A DNA stretch of 61,800 nt, filler included. It is 4 parts of 4 records of this genome, joined end to end, with 100 filler letters (N's around TTAATTAATTAA, not from the genome) between each part and the next. Parts side by side here need not be neighbours in the genome. Positions count along the whole stretch, not along the records: positions 1 to 21,879 come from SRR2962707_2607; 3 more parts are not named here. One strand, given 5' to 3'. The notes below the pieces were generated by a model, which worked only from the letters and a program-made list of their open reading frames with translations, made no database searches and was not told the origin of the DNA. The stretch's first letter is position 1. The number at the start of each line of letters is the position of its first letter. The translations under genes and the position numbers were made by a program. This document shows, piece after piece, positions 8,935-18,799 of this stretch.

Positions 8935-10665
8935 TTATTGAACGTTATCTCCCGACGCAATGACAGGGTCGCGGAACCAGCCGCCGACGATGTCGCGATA
9001 GGTGCCGGTGCGGGTGAGGCGCTCTGTGAGCGCGTCGAGTTCGGGCTCGGTCCAGCCGTCCGGCTCGGTGACCTCGATCCAGGCCTTGAGGTAGTGCTGG
9101 GGGGCATAGACGTGGCCGTAACCCACAGGGGAGGCCTGGGAGATCAGCAGATCGAAGGTCACCTGCAGGAAGGTCACCACAGGATACCACGTGAGGTCGG
9201 GCGACACGTCGGGCGCGCGCTGGCCCTCCAGCCATGCGGGGCTGCGATAGATCATGCCGGGGTCGAAAAACACTATCGGGTCGCTGCCATACTGCAGGTA
9301 GAACAGGCGCAACGGCCCCCATTGCCTGCCGCCGGCCTCAAGGCCCTCATACTGGTTGGCGTAGCGCACTATGGACCCATCGCCGACCTCGGGGAGCCAG
9401 GCGGGGCTGTCGGGATTGCGGGCGCCGGTGACATCACGCCAGACCTGGCTGGCAAAGGGCGGGCCGGCCCAGAGCGCGCCTTCCACCGGATTTGAGAGAA
9501 GATTGAACAGATTGATTGAGGCCTGAGAGGAATAGGCGCCGAGCGAAAGGCCGTGCAGGTAGAGCTCGGGGCGGGTCTCTGGCGGCAGGGCGTCCCAGTA
9601 ATCATAGACGATATCGAAAAGGGCGCGGGCCGCCTCGACCCCCACATTGGGCTCGGACACCAGCGAGAGCGAACTGGTGAGATAGGAATATTGCAAGGCG
9701 ACGCTGGCGACATCGCCGCCGTGCAGAAATTCGAGCGTGTCGATGGCGGGCGGCTGCACCCAGCCGGTGCCCACGGGCATGATGAGAACGAGGATCGAGC
9801 GCTCGAAGGCGCCGACGCGCAGCATTTCATCGAGCGCAAGCCGGGCCCGCTCCTCAACGGTTTCGGCCGATCGCAGCCCGACATAAACCCGGAGCGGATC
9901 GATGGCGGGCTTATTGGTAATCTCCTCGATTTCGGCGGCGGTGGGGCCGGACTGGACATAGATGCGCGCGTCGAGCCCGATGGTGTTCCAGGGGACGAGC
10001 GAGGCGGCACTGCCCGAGCGCAGGGGATCCTGGGGCTGCTCCTCATAAGCGCCGGCGAGGGTATCGAGATTGGCATAGAAACGGTCGGCGGCATTGAAGG
10101 CCCAGCGGGCGAGCACGCCGTTGACCGTGATGTTGGTGACGATGGTGACGACCAAAATGCCGCCCACCAGCGCGACGCGCGGCGGGATGATGAGCCGCAG
10201 CCAGCCCGAAACCAGCCGGACGCCGGAGACGATCAGCGTGCCGAGCAGAATCAGGAACAGCGCCGGCAGAATGGCTATGGCGACGACATAGATGGGCTGG
10301 TTGGATTCGACCGAGGGCATGTCCATGACGGCGCGGATCGAGTTTTGCCAGCCGGTCGAGAGCCACAGGCACAGGAATGCGAAGGCGGCTCCGGCGCCGA
10401 TCATCGCCCATTGGGCATATCGCACCCAGCGGCGGCGGGGCGGGCGCAAGCCCATGAAGTTCCACAACCATTCGAGGAAAACCCCGATGCCATAGCCGGC
10501 CGCGAACACGCATCCCGACAAAATGCCCTGGATGAGGAAATGGCGGGGAATGAGTGAGGGGGTGAGCGAGAGCGCGAAAAACACCAGCCCGAGAAACACC
10601 CCGCCAGCAGGCAGGCGCAGGATGAAATGGCGCACCGGACGCAGGGGCCGGAAAACGGGCATCAT
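8935..10665 (-). CDS. Membrane-anchored alpha/beta-hydrolase family protein
   Basis: N-terminal TM helices (ALSLTPSLIPR), PLRVYVGL, nucleophile motif GLSLG, GYGHVY; start MMPVF overlaps the exoD stop. Confidence 0.85.
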   Translation of the reverse strand: MMPVFRPLRPVRHFILRLPAGGVFLGLVFFALSLTPSLIPRHFLIQGILSGCVFAAGYGIGVFLEWLWNFMGLRPPRRRWVRYAQWAMIGAGAAFAFLCLWLSTGWQNSIRAVMDMPSVESNQPIYVVAIAILPALFLILLGTLIVSGVRLVSGWLRLIIPPRVALVGGILVVTIVTNITVNGVLARWAFNAADRFYANLDTLAGAYEEQPQDPLRSGSAASLVPWNTIGLDARIYVQSGPTAAEIEEITNKPAIDPLRVYVGLRSAETVEERARLALDEMLRVGAFERSILVLIMPVGTGWVQPPAIDTLEFLHGGDVASVALQYSYLTSSLSLVSEPNVGVEAARALFDIVYDYWDALPPETRPELYLHGLSLGAYSSQASINLFNLLSNPVEGALWAGPPFASQVWRDVTGARNPDSPAWLPEVGDGSIVRYANQYEGLEAGGRQWGPLRLFYLQYGSDPIVFFDPGMIYRSPAWLEGQRAPDVSPDLTWYPVVTFLQVTFDLLISQASPVGYGHVYAPQHYLKAWIEVTEPDGWTEPELDALTERLTRTGTYRDIVGGWFRDPVIASGDNVQ

Positions 10666-11297
10666 TGCACGGCTCCGACGGCGACATTGGCCAGATGCCA
10701 GACGCCCCAGATGGCGGCGGCGGCAATGGACAGGCCGAGCAGGGCGACGACAATGCCGCCGATGATGACAAACGCGTCCCTGTTGATCCAGCCCAGGCAC
10801 AGAATGGCGATGCCGGTGTTGGGGACTGCGTTGATGAGGGGGATGGGCAGCATCATGGGCAGGCTGACCACGATGATAAAGACCGCCAGCAGCGGTTGCA
10901 GGGCCGGGGCGGACACGAAGGTGAAGCGGGGGCGCGAAAAGCGGCCCATTGCGGCGGCCATGCGCGCAAAGAGTTTTGTAACGCGCATCAATGCCTTGGC
11001 CGGGAGCTTGCGGCGCCTGATCCAGCCCGGGAGCGTGAGGGGCGCATTGAACAGCATGGCGATGGAAAAGCCGATGATCGCAAAAGCAATGGTGCCGCCA
11101 TAGCCGGGTGGGCCGGGCACCATGTTGAGGACGGAAAAGACCAGAATGACCACGATATGGGAATGGACGCCGAGCGCGCCGATGAGGCTGGCGACGGTAA
11201 AGCGCGGGTCGGGCTTTTGCTGGGAGGCGTGGAGCGCTTCGAGCAGGCCACCGATCTGAACTTCCACGGGCGTGGGTCCGGTTTCGGTGACTGTCAT
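10662..11297 (-). CDS. exoD: ExoD-family exopolysaccharide synthesis membrane protein
   Basis: LPIPLINAVP...RDA motif and TM pattern. Confidence 0.75.
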   Translation of the reverse strand: MTVTETGPTPVEVQIGGLLEALHASQQKPDPRFTVASLIGALGVHSHIVVILVFSVLNMVPGPPGYGGTIAFAIIGFSIAMLFNAPLTLPGWIRRRKLPAKALMRVTKLFARMAAAMGRFSRPRFTFVSAPALQPLLAVFIIVVSLPMMLPIPLINAVPNTGIAILCLGWINRDAFVIIGGIVVALLGLSIAAAAIWGVWHLANVAVGAVQ

Positions 11298-11469
11298 GGG
11301 CTGACCTTGAAAAAGGGAAACTGAGGTGGGGCAATCATGGCCTCATGGTGTGTCGGGATCAACCGGCAAAAAGCGCGCACGCCGGGCGCTTCCATTTGAC
11401 GATGAACGGCTCTATGGTCCGCCCGGCCCCGCAACGGGGGTATGCCAGACCGAATTTATGTGAAGCGCC

Positions 11470-12564
11470 ATGAGTGACAAACCCGTTCCGCAACCGGGGA
11501 TATTGACCATTGCCCCCTATGTACCGGGGCGTTCGAGCGCGCCGGGCAAAAAGGCCAACGATACCATCAAGCTCTCGGCCAACGAGTCGCCGCTGGGGGC
11601 GAGCCCGAAGGCCGTCGAGGCTGTGAAGGCGGCCGCCGAAAAGCTCGAAATCTATCCCGAGGGCTCGTCGCGCGAACTGCGCGCGGCGCTGGGCGAGGTG
11701 CATGGCATCGATCCGGACCGGATCGTTGTCGGCGCGGGCTCCGACGAAGTGCTGCACCTTCTCGCCCAGACCTATATCGGGGATGGGGACGAGGCGGTGA
11801 TGAGCCAGTATGGCTTCATGGTCTATCCCATCATCACCCGGGCGGCGGGCGGCACACCGGTGGTTGCGCCGGAAACCGATTATCGCGCCGATGTGGATGC
11901 CATTCTGGGCGCGGTGACAGAGAAGACGAAAATCGTCTTTCTGGCCAATCCCAACAACCCTACGGGCACGTACCTCAACGCAGAGGAGCTGGACCGGCTG
12001 CATGCGGGGCTGCCCAACGACGTGTTGCTGGTGATCGATTCCGCCTATGCGGAATATGTGACGGCTGCCGACTATGGCGTGGGTATTTCGCTTGTCGAGC
12101 GGAGCGAGAACGTCGTGATGGTGCGCACCTTTTCCAAGATGGGGCTGGCGGCGGCGCGGGTTGGCTGGCTTTTCGGTCCGGCCCATCTTGTCGATGCGGT
12201 CAACCGCATCCGGGGACCGTTCAACGTTTCGGCGCTGGGGCAGGTGGCGGCGGAAGCGGCGACACGGGACGTTGCGTTCACCAAGGCGCTGCGCGAGCAC
12301 AACGACAAATGGCGGGTGTGGCTGAGCGAGGAAATCGGCTCGAACCGGCTGCGGGTGTTGCCCAGCCAGGGCAATTTCATCCTCGTTTTGTTCGACGATG
12401 CGCAGACGGCGAAGAACGCCAATGCCGCGCTTCTGGAGCGCGGGTTGGTGGTGCGGGAAATGGGCGGCTACGGGATTGCCAATGGCCTGCGCATTTCGAT
12501 TGGCAGCGAAGCGGCGATGAAGGCCGTGGCAGTTGCGATTAAAGACTTTTTGGACGGACAATGA
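11470..12564 (+). CDS. hisC: Histidinol-phosphate aminotransferase
   Basis: KLSANESPLG, NPNNPTG, RTFSK PLP lysine. Confidence 0.95.
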   Translation: MSDKPVPQPGILTIAPYVPGRSSAPGKKANDTIKLSANESPLGASPKAVEAVKAAAEKLEIYPEGSSRELRAALGEVHGIDPDRIVVGAGSDEVLHLLAQTYIGDGDEAVMSQYGFMVYPIITRAAGGTPVVAPETDYRADVDAILGAVTEKTKIVFLANPNNPTGTYLNAEELDRLHAGLPNDVLLVIDSAYAEYVTAADYGVGISLVERSENVVMVRTFSKMGLAAARVGWLFGPAHLVDAVNRIRGPFNVSALGQVAAEAATRDVAFTKALREHNDKWRVWLSEEIGSNRLRVLPSQGNFILVLFDDAQTAKNANAALLERGLVVREMGGYGIANGLRISIGSEAAMKAVAVAIKDFLDGQ

Positions 12565-13496
12565 TTGAGAAACTTGCCCTTATCGGTATCGGGCTGATCG
12601 GATCGTCGATCGCGCTTGGCGCGCGGCGGGCCGGGTTGGCCAAGACCATCGCCATTTCGACACGGCGGCAGGAAACGCTCGATGAAGCCCAGGCGCTCGG
12701 GCTGGGCGATATTTATACGATCGACGCAGCAGAGGCGGTGAAGGACGCCGACCTTGTGATCCTGTGCTCACCGGTGGGGAGCTACGAGGCGATTGCAAAG
12801 CATATTGCGCCGCACCTCAAGCCGGGCGCCATCCTTTCGGACGTGGGGTCGGTCAAGGGGCATGTTGTCGATGTCGTGGGGCCGCATGTGCCCGAAGGCG
12901 TGCATTTCGTGCCCGGCCACCCGCTGGCTGGGACCGAACATTCGGGGCCTTCGGCGGGGTTTGCCGACCTGTTTGAAAACCGCTGGTGCGTTTTGACGCC
13001 GCCCGAAGGGACCGACCCGGCCGCCGTGGAAACGCTGAGTGCGTTCTGGAAGGGGCTGGGGTCGGACGTCGAGGCGATGAGCCCTGCACATCACGATATG
13101 GTTTTGGCCATCACCAGCCACGTGCCGCACCTTGTGGCCTACAATATCGTGGGGACGGTGGACGATCTCGAACAGCACACCAAATCGGAAGTCATCAAGT
13201 TTTCCGCTTCCGGGTTTCGTGATTTCACCCGTATTGCCGCGTCCGATCCGGTGATGTGGCGCGACGTGTTCTTGACCAATCGCGATGCTGTGCTGGAAAT
13301 GCTGGGGCGGTTTTTGGAGGACCTTTCGGTGCTCCAGCGCGCTGTGCGCGTTGGAGACGGCGAGGCACTTGAAACGCTGTTTACCCGCACGCGGGCGGTG
13401 CGCCGCTCGATTATCGCCGCGGGGCAGGAAACCGAGGCGCCCGATTTCGGGCGCCCGCATGGGGATACCAAGCCCTCAGAGCCCGCTTCAGAATAG
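12561..13496 (+). CDS. tyrA: Prephenate/arogenate (cyclohexadienyl) dehydrogenase
   Basis: GIGLIG, DVGSVK, HPLAGTEHSG, SHVPH, GFRDFTRIA. Confidence 0.95.
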   Translation: MIEKLALIGIGLIGSSIALGARRAGLAKTIAISTRRQETLDEAQALGLGDIYTIDAAEAVKDADLVILCSPVGSYEAIAKHIAPHLKPGAILSDVGSVKGHVVDVVGPHVPEGVHFVPGHPLAGTEHSGPSAGFADLFENRWCVLTPPEGTDPAAVETLSAFWKGLGSDVEAMSPAHHDMVLAITSHVPHLVAYNIVGTVDDLEQHTKSEVIKFSASGFRDFTRIAASDPVMWRDVFLTNRDAVLEMLGRFLEDLSVLQRAVRVGDGEALETLFTRTRAVRRSIIAAGQETEAPDFGRPHGDTKPSEPASE

Positions 13497-14456
13497 CGGC
13501 GGCAGGCTGGCGACGGGGATGATGCCGACGACCACAGTGCCGCCATTGACCCGCAGGGTCTGACGCGAGACGCCGTCTTCGCCGGGGCTGCCAAGGGCGA
13601 TCTGGGCCACCGAAGGGTCGCCGACCAGGGCGGCTATGCGTTCGGCAACGCCTTGCGAGGCGATATCGAGCGTCCCGGTGACCAGTCCCGTCGCGGTGAG
13701 GCTGGCGGCGCCTTCGGCGGTCAGCGAAAGCCCATCGGCGCTTGCCTCGACATCGCGCAGGACCAGTTCGCCCCCAAGCGCCTGCCAGAAACCGAGCACT
13801 TGCGGATCCCCCCACAGCGCCGGGTCAGGTAGACCCGACAGCCTTGCGTCGATGACGAGGCGGCCATTGGCGATGGCGTTGGTATCGCTGGTCACGTCCT
13901 CGAGCGTTGCGTAGGCATCAAAGATTGCGCCCGTGCCCGGCTGGGCGTTTTCGGGCGTGGCGTCGAGCAGGTGGAATTCCCCATGGGCGGCGGTGCCGAT
14001 GATGGTTTCACCGATCAGCATGTCGGCATAGACCAGGTCGTCGGCGATGGCCGAGAAGCGCTCGATCATCCCGCCGTCGAGCCGCAGGCTGGCCCGAAGG
14101 CTCGACCAGCGCACTTCCTGGGTGGCGCCGGTGAAGGCATCGGTGATTTGCGCCGGGCCGCTCGCAAAGAGCTGAATGTGGGTGGGGGTGTAAAATAGCG
14201 CGGTGCCGCTCAATTCCGCCAGCTCGACTGTCACATCGCCCGAGGTGATGTAGGCATCGGTGCAGTGGGGGGAAAAGGAAAACGGCGCTCCGCCGACGTC
14301 GAGCCCGTCACAGACCAGCCGGGGCTGGCTGACGCCATCGGCCAGTGCGAGATATTCGATCTCGGCGCGGACCTGGCCCGCTATGTAGAACCAGCCGGCC
14401 ATCCACAGGACAGAGACGGCGATAACGGCGACGATCATTATGACAAAGCGCTTCAT
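13488..14456 (-). CDS. DUF2125-like protein
   Basis: N-terminal anchor WMAGWFYIA, GGAPF motif; usual rhizobial position after tyrC. Confidence 0.75.
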   Translation of the reverse strand: MKRFVIMIVAVIAVSVLWMAGWFYIAGQVRAEIEYLALADGVSQPRLVCDGLDVGGAPFSFSPHCTDAYITSGDVTVELAELSGTALFYTPTHIQLFASGPAQITDAFTGATQEVRWSSLRASLRLDGGMIERFSAIADDLVYADMLIGETIIGTAAHGEFHLLDATPENAQPGTGAIFDAYATLEDVTSDTNAIANGRLVIDARLSGLPDPALWGDPQVLGFWQALGGELVLRDVEASADGLSLTAEGAASLTATGLVTGTLDIASQGVAERIAALVGDPSVAQIALGSPGEDGVSRQTLRVNGGTVVVGIIPVASLPPLF

Positions 14457-14579
14457 AGGCGCTTCTTATAGGGTTCGCGCGTGGCCGTCATGAGGCAATT
14501 GCGCTTTAGCTGTTAACGACAGCGGGGTGGGACAGTTGCCGCGGGCGCGGCGCCTGCTACAAGAGCAGGCGGAGGATTC

Positions 14580-17231
14580 ATGGAAGAATTTCTGATCATT
14601 ATCGTCGTGGTGCTGGCCATCATGGCATTCAGCGCGCATCAGGACATCAAGGGCCTCAAAAAGCGGATCGCCGCGCTTGAGGGGGGCGAGGGCGTTGCAG
14701 CCCCCAAGCCTCGGCCGGCGGCGCGGGCTGAATCGTTTGCTATTGCTCCCGAGAGCGAGGCGGCCGACACGACAGATGACGATGTGGAAGGCGACATCGG
14801 CTGGGCGTCCAACGTGGCGCAGGGCCCGTGGATGCGGGCCCAGGCCAGCGCGGCGGCGGCCAATGACGCGGCCAAACGCGCGCCGGTCAACTGGGAGCAT
14901 ATGCTTGGTGTGCGCCTGCCCGTATGGGGCGGGGCGGCGCTATTATTGTTCGCGGCGTTCCTTTTTGCCAGTTACGCCATGGAGCAGGGGATTTTTACGC
15001 CCGCCGTCCGGGTCTGGGCCTGCGGGCTTGGGGCCGGAGTGTTTCTGGCCGCGGCGGTTCTGGTGCGCTGGCGGGGCATCGCCAATAACGAGCGGATTTC
15101 GGGGGCGCTGGCTGCCGCCGCCATCGGGATGGGCTATGCAACGTGCTATCTGGCGACCGCGGTTTTCGCGTTCTGGCCGCCGCTCTGGGGCGCAATGGGC
15201 AGTGGGCTGGTTGGCTTGCTGGCCATCGCCATTGCGCTGGTCTTCGGCCGGTTGGTGCTGGCGCTCGGGCTGCTTGGCGGCTATCTGGCGCCGGGCTTTA
15301 TGGGCGAATTGCCCGGAGACTGGACGCTGCTGGGATATCTTTGCACCGTGCTTGTTGCCTCCCACGCGGTGGCGGCGTGGCGCGGATGGTGGACGAGTGC
15401 GCTGCTTTCGAGCGGGCTTGCGCTGCTTTGGGGACTGGCCTGGGGCTGGCTTTCCTTCGACCTGGCCCAGTGGGCCGACGGCCTGCCGCTGACGCTCTGG
15501 CTGCTGGCTGTTGCCATGGTGCCGGTGGCCGCCGAATTGATCGCGCGTCCGGCTGAAAAACCCGATGTCATGCGCCGCGACGGGCCGGTTGCGGCTGCGG
15601 GCGGGGCGGTGCTGATGCTGATCCTGTTGGGCACTGAAGCGCAGGCCGGAGCGCCGTTCTGGCCCGGATTTGTTGCGTGGCTGGCCTTTCTGGCCGCCGC
15701 TTCGGTGTTGCGTCCAAGGCGGATGGATCTGGCCGGCGTCGCCATGGCGGGGTTTGTCGCGGCGCTGGTCGTCTGGCGCGAACCCGAACCCGGCGTGCGG
15801 CTCGGGGTTTTGATCCCGGCGCTGCCGATCCTTTTTGGCGCCGCAGTATTCCACATAGTGGCGGGACGGGCGCAACGGATCTGGGCGAGCGCGGGCGTGG
15901 CGACGCTGATGGTGGCGCTTCTCACCTCGCTGGTCGATCTCGATGGCTGGGGCGGCGCGCGCGATGCCCCCCAGATCTGGGCCGTCATCTGCCTGGGGCT
16001 GGCGGCGGCAATCGTGGGCCTGCTGCTTGCCGTGCGCAAAACGAGCGCCGCCGAACAGATCGCGCCGCCGCTGGCGGCAGGGGCGAGCGGGCTTATATCG
16101 ATTGCCATCGGGCTTTTGGTCGAGCCGGGCTATTACGCGCTTTCGGCAGCGTTGCAGGTGGCCGGGCTGGGACTGGTCTTCTGGCGCTACCGGGTCAGAA
16201 CGCTGCTCTATCTGGCCATCGTTTACGTGGCCGCGTATCTGGGCCTGATCGTGTTGGGGCATGCGATCGCCGTCGATTTCGCTGCCGATGTCGCGCGGTT
16301 GCCGTATGGGAATTTCATTCCTGTTGTCGCGCTGGACGCGGCGCCGTGGCTGACTTTGATCGTGCCCGGACTGGCGCTGCTGAGCGGCGCAACACTGTTT
16401 GCGTCTGCCGTACGGGACCGGTTGATCGGAGTCATCGATTTCGTCGGCGTATTGGTGCTGGCGCTGGGCGTACATCTGGTCATCGCGCCGCTGGCGGGAG
16501 ACAATCCGGTGCGCAATGTCTTTGTGTATGGGCCGCTGTGGTTCCCGCTGCAACTGGGCATGGCCGCGGCGGCGCTGTGGGGCGCGGCGCGGTTCGAGCG
16601 ACACGGGCTTGGCTGGGCCGGATCGATCATTGCCGTTCTGGCCGGGCTGGCGCTTGTGCGGCTGGCCATCGTGCCGGTCGGCGATCTGTGGCCGGTGATC
16701 GAGGTGCGGGGGATTGTCGTGTTCAACCTTGCGACCCTGACGCTGGGGCTGGCGAGTGCGCTGCTGCTCGTGATCGGCAGGCTGATGAAACCGGCCGCAG
16801 GCGAAGCGGGCCGCTGGGCGGGAAAAGGATTTCAGGCGCTTGGCGGGATCACCGCCTTTGTCTGGATGCTGATTGTCATCCGGCATGGTTTCCATCCCGA
16901 GCTGTTGCAGGGCGAAACGCTGCGGGTCGAGCGCTATGGCTATACGGGGGGCATGCTGGCCTTTGCGTTCGGGCTGTTGTGGCTGGGCACTGTGCGCGAC
17001 GCGCAGGCGATCCGTATCGCCTCGCTGGGCGTGGCGCTGGCGACGGTGGGCAAGCTGTTCATCTTCGACATGGGCGGGCTGGAAGGGCTTTGGCGGATCG
17101 GGTCGTTCCTGGGGCTCGGGCTGGCGCTTCTGGCGGTGAGCTGGTTTTACGCGCGGTTCGTCTTCGGGGTATCCGGAGCCCGGACGGGAGGCGGTAACGC
17201 GAGCGGGGACACGGCGCACGCCCCGGCGTAA
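14580..17231 (+). CDS. DUF2339-like large polytopic membrane protein
   Basis: WEHMLGVRLPVWGG, GLLGGYLAP, KLFIFDMGGLEGLWRIGSFLGLG; many TM segments. Confidence 0.85.
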   Translation: MEEFLIIIVVVLAIMAFSAHQDIKGLKKRIAALEGGEGVAAPKPRPAARAESFAIAPESEAADTTDDDVEGDIGWASNVAQGPWMRAQASAAAANDAAKRAPVNWEHMLGVRLPVWGGAALLLFAAFLFASYAMEQGIFTPAVRVWACGLGAGVFLAAAVLVRWRGIANNERISGALAAAAIGMGYATCYLATAVFAFWPPLWGAMGSGLVGLLAIAIALVFGRLVLALGLLGGYLAPGFMGELPGDWTLLGYLCTVLVASHAVAAWRGWWTSALLSSGLALLWGLAWGWLSFDLAQWADGLPLTLWLLAVAMVPVAAELIARPAEKPDVMRRDGPVAAAGGAVLMLILLGTEAQAGAPFWPGFVAWLAFLAAASVLRPRRMDLAGVAMAGFVAALVVWREPEPGVRLGVLIPALPILFGAAVFHIVAGRAQRIWASAGVATLMVALLTSLVDLDGWGGARDAPQIWAVICLGLAAAIVGLLLAVRKTSAAEQIAPPLAAGASGLISIAIGLLVEPGYYALSAALQVAGLGLVFWRYRVRTLLYLAIVYVAAYLGLIVLGHAIAVDFAADVARLPYGNFIPVVALDAAPWLTLIVPGLALLSGATLFASAVRDRLIGVIDFVGVLVLALGVHLVIAPLAGDNPVRNVFVYGPLWFPLQLGMAAAALWGAARFERHGLGWAGSIIAVLAGLALVRLAIVPVGDLWPVIEVRGIVVFNLATLTLGLASALLLVIGRLMKPAAGEAGRWAGKGFQALGGITAFVWMLIVIRHGFHPELLQGETLRVERYGYTGGMLAFAFGLLWLGTVRDAQAIRIASLGVALATVGKLFIFDMGGLEGLWRIGSFLGLGLALLAVSWFYARFVFGVSGARTGGGNASGDTAHAPA

Positions 17232-17275
17232 GGGCGGTCTTGCGTGTCGCGAACGCGCATGCCAAACCTTGACCC

Positions 17276-17848
17276 ATGACCATGCTTTCAGAACCATTCT
17301 CGCCCTGGGTCTTTGGTTACGGATCGCTGATCTGGCGGCCCGGCTTCGTGTTCGAGCGTGCCGAGCGGGCGCTGTTGCGCGGGGTGCACCGGCGGCTGTG
17401 CATCTATTCGCATCGGCACAGGGGGACCGTGGAACGGCCCGGCCTTGTGTTCGGGCTCGAAAGGGGCGGCGCGTGCGTGGGCATGGCCTTCAAGATTGCC
17501 GAGACCGACTGGCCCAAGGTTCGCGAATACCTGCGCGAGCGCGAGCAGGTGACCGGGGTGTATGTGGAAACCCATCGTCCCGCCAAGCTGGCCAATGGAG
17601 AGCTGGTGGAAACACTGACCTTTGTTGCCGATCCCAAGCATCCCCAATATGCCGGGCGGCTTACGCTCGAGGAACAGTTTGCGCTGGTCAATTGCGCTGC
17701 CGGGGAAGCGGGACCCAATGTTGACTATGTGATCAACACGGCCCGGCACCTCAAGGAAATGGGGATTGCCGACCGGCAGGTGCAGGCGTTGGCCGCGATG
17801 ATCGGCAGGAGCCGGGCACTCCCCGAGGACCGATCTGCAACCGGGTGA
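17276..17848 (+). CDS. chaC: ChaC-like gamma-glutamylcyclotransferase
   Basis: WVFGYGSLIW and HRGTVERPGLV motifs. Confidence 0.9.
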   Translation: MTMLSEPFSPWVFGYGSLIWRPGFVFERAERALLRGVHRRLCIYSHRHRGTVERPGLVFGLERGGACVGMAFKIAETDWPKVREYLREREQVTGVYVETHRPAKLANGELVETLTFVADPKHPQYAGRLTLEEQFALVNCAAGEAGPNVDYVINTARHLKEMGIADRQVQALAAMIGRSRALPEDRSATG

Positions 17849-17905
17849 TGGCGGCCCGCAAAAATGGCAGGGGCGGACAATGATGATGATTTTTGCCGCA
17901 ATTGA

Positions 17906-18799
17906 GTGCACAGTGGGCCACAATCGAATCCGAAGCATTGCGGGGAATGTGGAGGGTCAGTCCGAAATATTGCCGCTTTGAGGCCGACTTTGCTCAGACG
18001 TTTGCTCGTGACGACACTTCTCATGACCGTGCCGGGCGTTGCGCCTGCCCTTTCCCAAACCTGCGATGCGCTGCAAGCCGGGCCTTCTGGCCGGGTGGTC
18101 TCGATATCGGATGGCGATACTTTCGATCTCGATACAGGGCTGACGGTTCGGCTGGTGGGCATTCAGGCTCCCAAACTGCCGCTGGGGCGCGACGGGTTCG
18201 AGGCCTGGCCGCTGGGCGATGAGGCCAAGGCCACAATCGAAGATCTGGTGATGGGGCAGCAGGTTTCGCTCTATTACGGCGGGGAAAGCCGTGACCGGCA
18301 CGGGCGGGCCCTGGCCCATGTGATGGTCGAGCGCGATGGGGAAGTGGTCTGGGTGCAGGCCGAAATGCTGCGGCTGGGGCTGGCGCGGGTCTATTCGTTC
18401 CCCGACAACCGCTCGTGCCTCGAAGTGCTTTACGCCGCCGAAGCGCAGGGACGCGCTGACCGGCTGGGCATCTGGCGCGATCCCTATTACGCGATCCGCG
18501 ATGGGGGCGATCATGAAGCCCTGCTCGATCGCACCGGTGGCTATGAGCTGGTCGAGGGGCGGGTGCTGAACGCCGAGCGGGTGGGCAGCCGGGTCTATCT
18601 CAATTTCGGGCGCGTGTGGCGCGAAGATTTTACCGCAGTGATCGAGAGCCAAGGATTGCGGGTTTTCGAGCAAGCGGGTATCGATCCGCTGGTGTTCGAC
18701 AACGCCGTGATCCGGGTGCGCGGCTGGATCGAAAGCGCCGATGGACCGCGCATCGATGTAACCCATCCCGAACAGATCGAGGTTCTGGCAAGGCCATGA
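17906..18799 (+). CDS. Thermonuclease (SNase) family protein; true start probably further downstream
   Basis: ISDGDTF, VRLVGIQAP, DRHGRALAH, GIW motifs, plus a C-terminal OB-like segment (YLNFG). Confidence 0.88.
   Translation: MHSGPQSNPKHCGECGGSVRNIAALRPTLLRRLLVTTLLMTVPGVAPALSQTCDALQAGPSGRVVSISDGDTFDLDTGLTVRLVGIQAPKLPLGRDGFEAWPLGDEAKATIEDLVMGQQVSLYYGGESRDRHGRALAHVMVERDGEVVWVQAEMLRLGLARVYSFPDNRSCLEVLYAAEAQGRADRLGIWRDPYYAIRDGGDHEALLDRTGGYELVEGRVLNAERVGSRVYLNFGRVWREDFTAVIESQGLRVFEQAGIDPLVFDNAVIRVRGWIESADGPRIDVTHPEQIEVLARP

Noticed and set aside
8935-11334. 799-aa ORF suggesting a long N-terminal extension
   Set aside because: The first 223 codons overlap exoD in another frame and look non-coding; the real start is at 10665
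14943-17297. 784-aa antisense ORF, and similar long ORFs at 28453-30999, 18595-20367 and 58862-60604
   Set aside because: Shadow frames of high-GC genes with Arg/Pro/His-rich composition and no motifs
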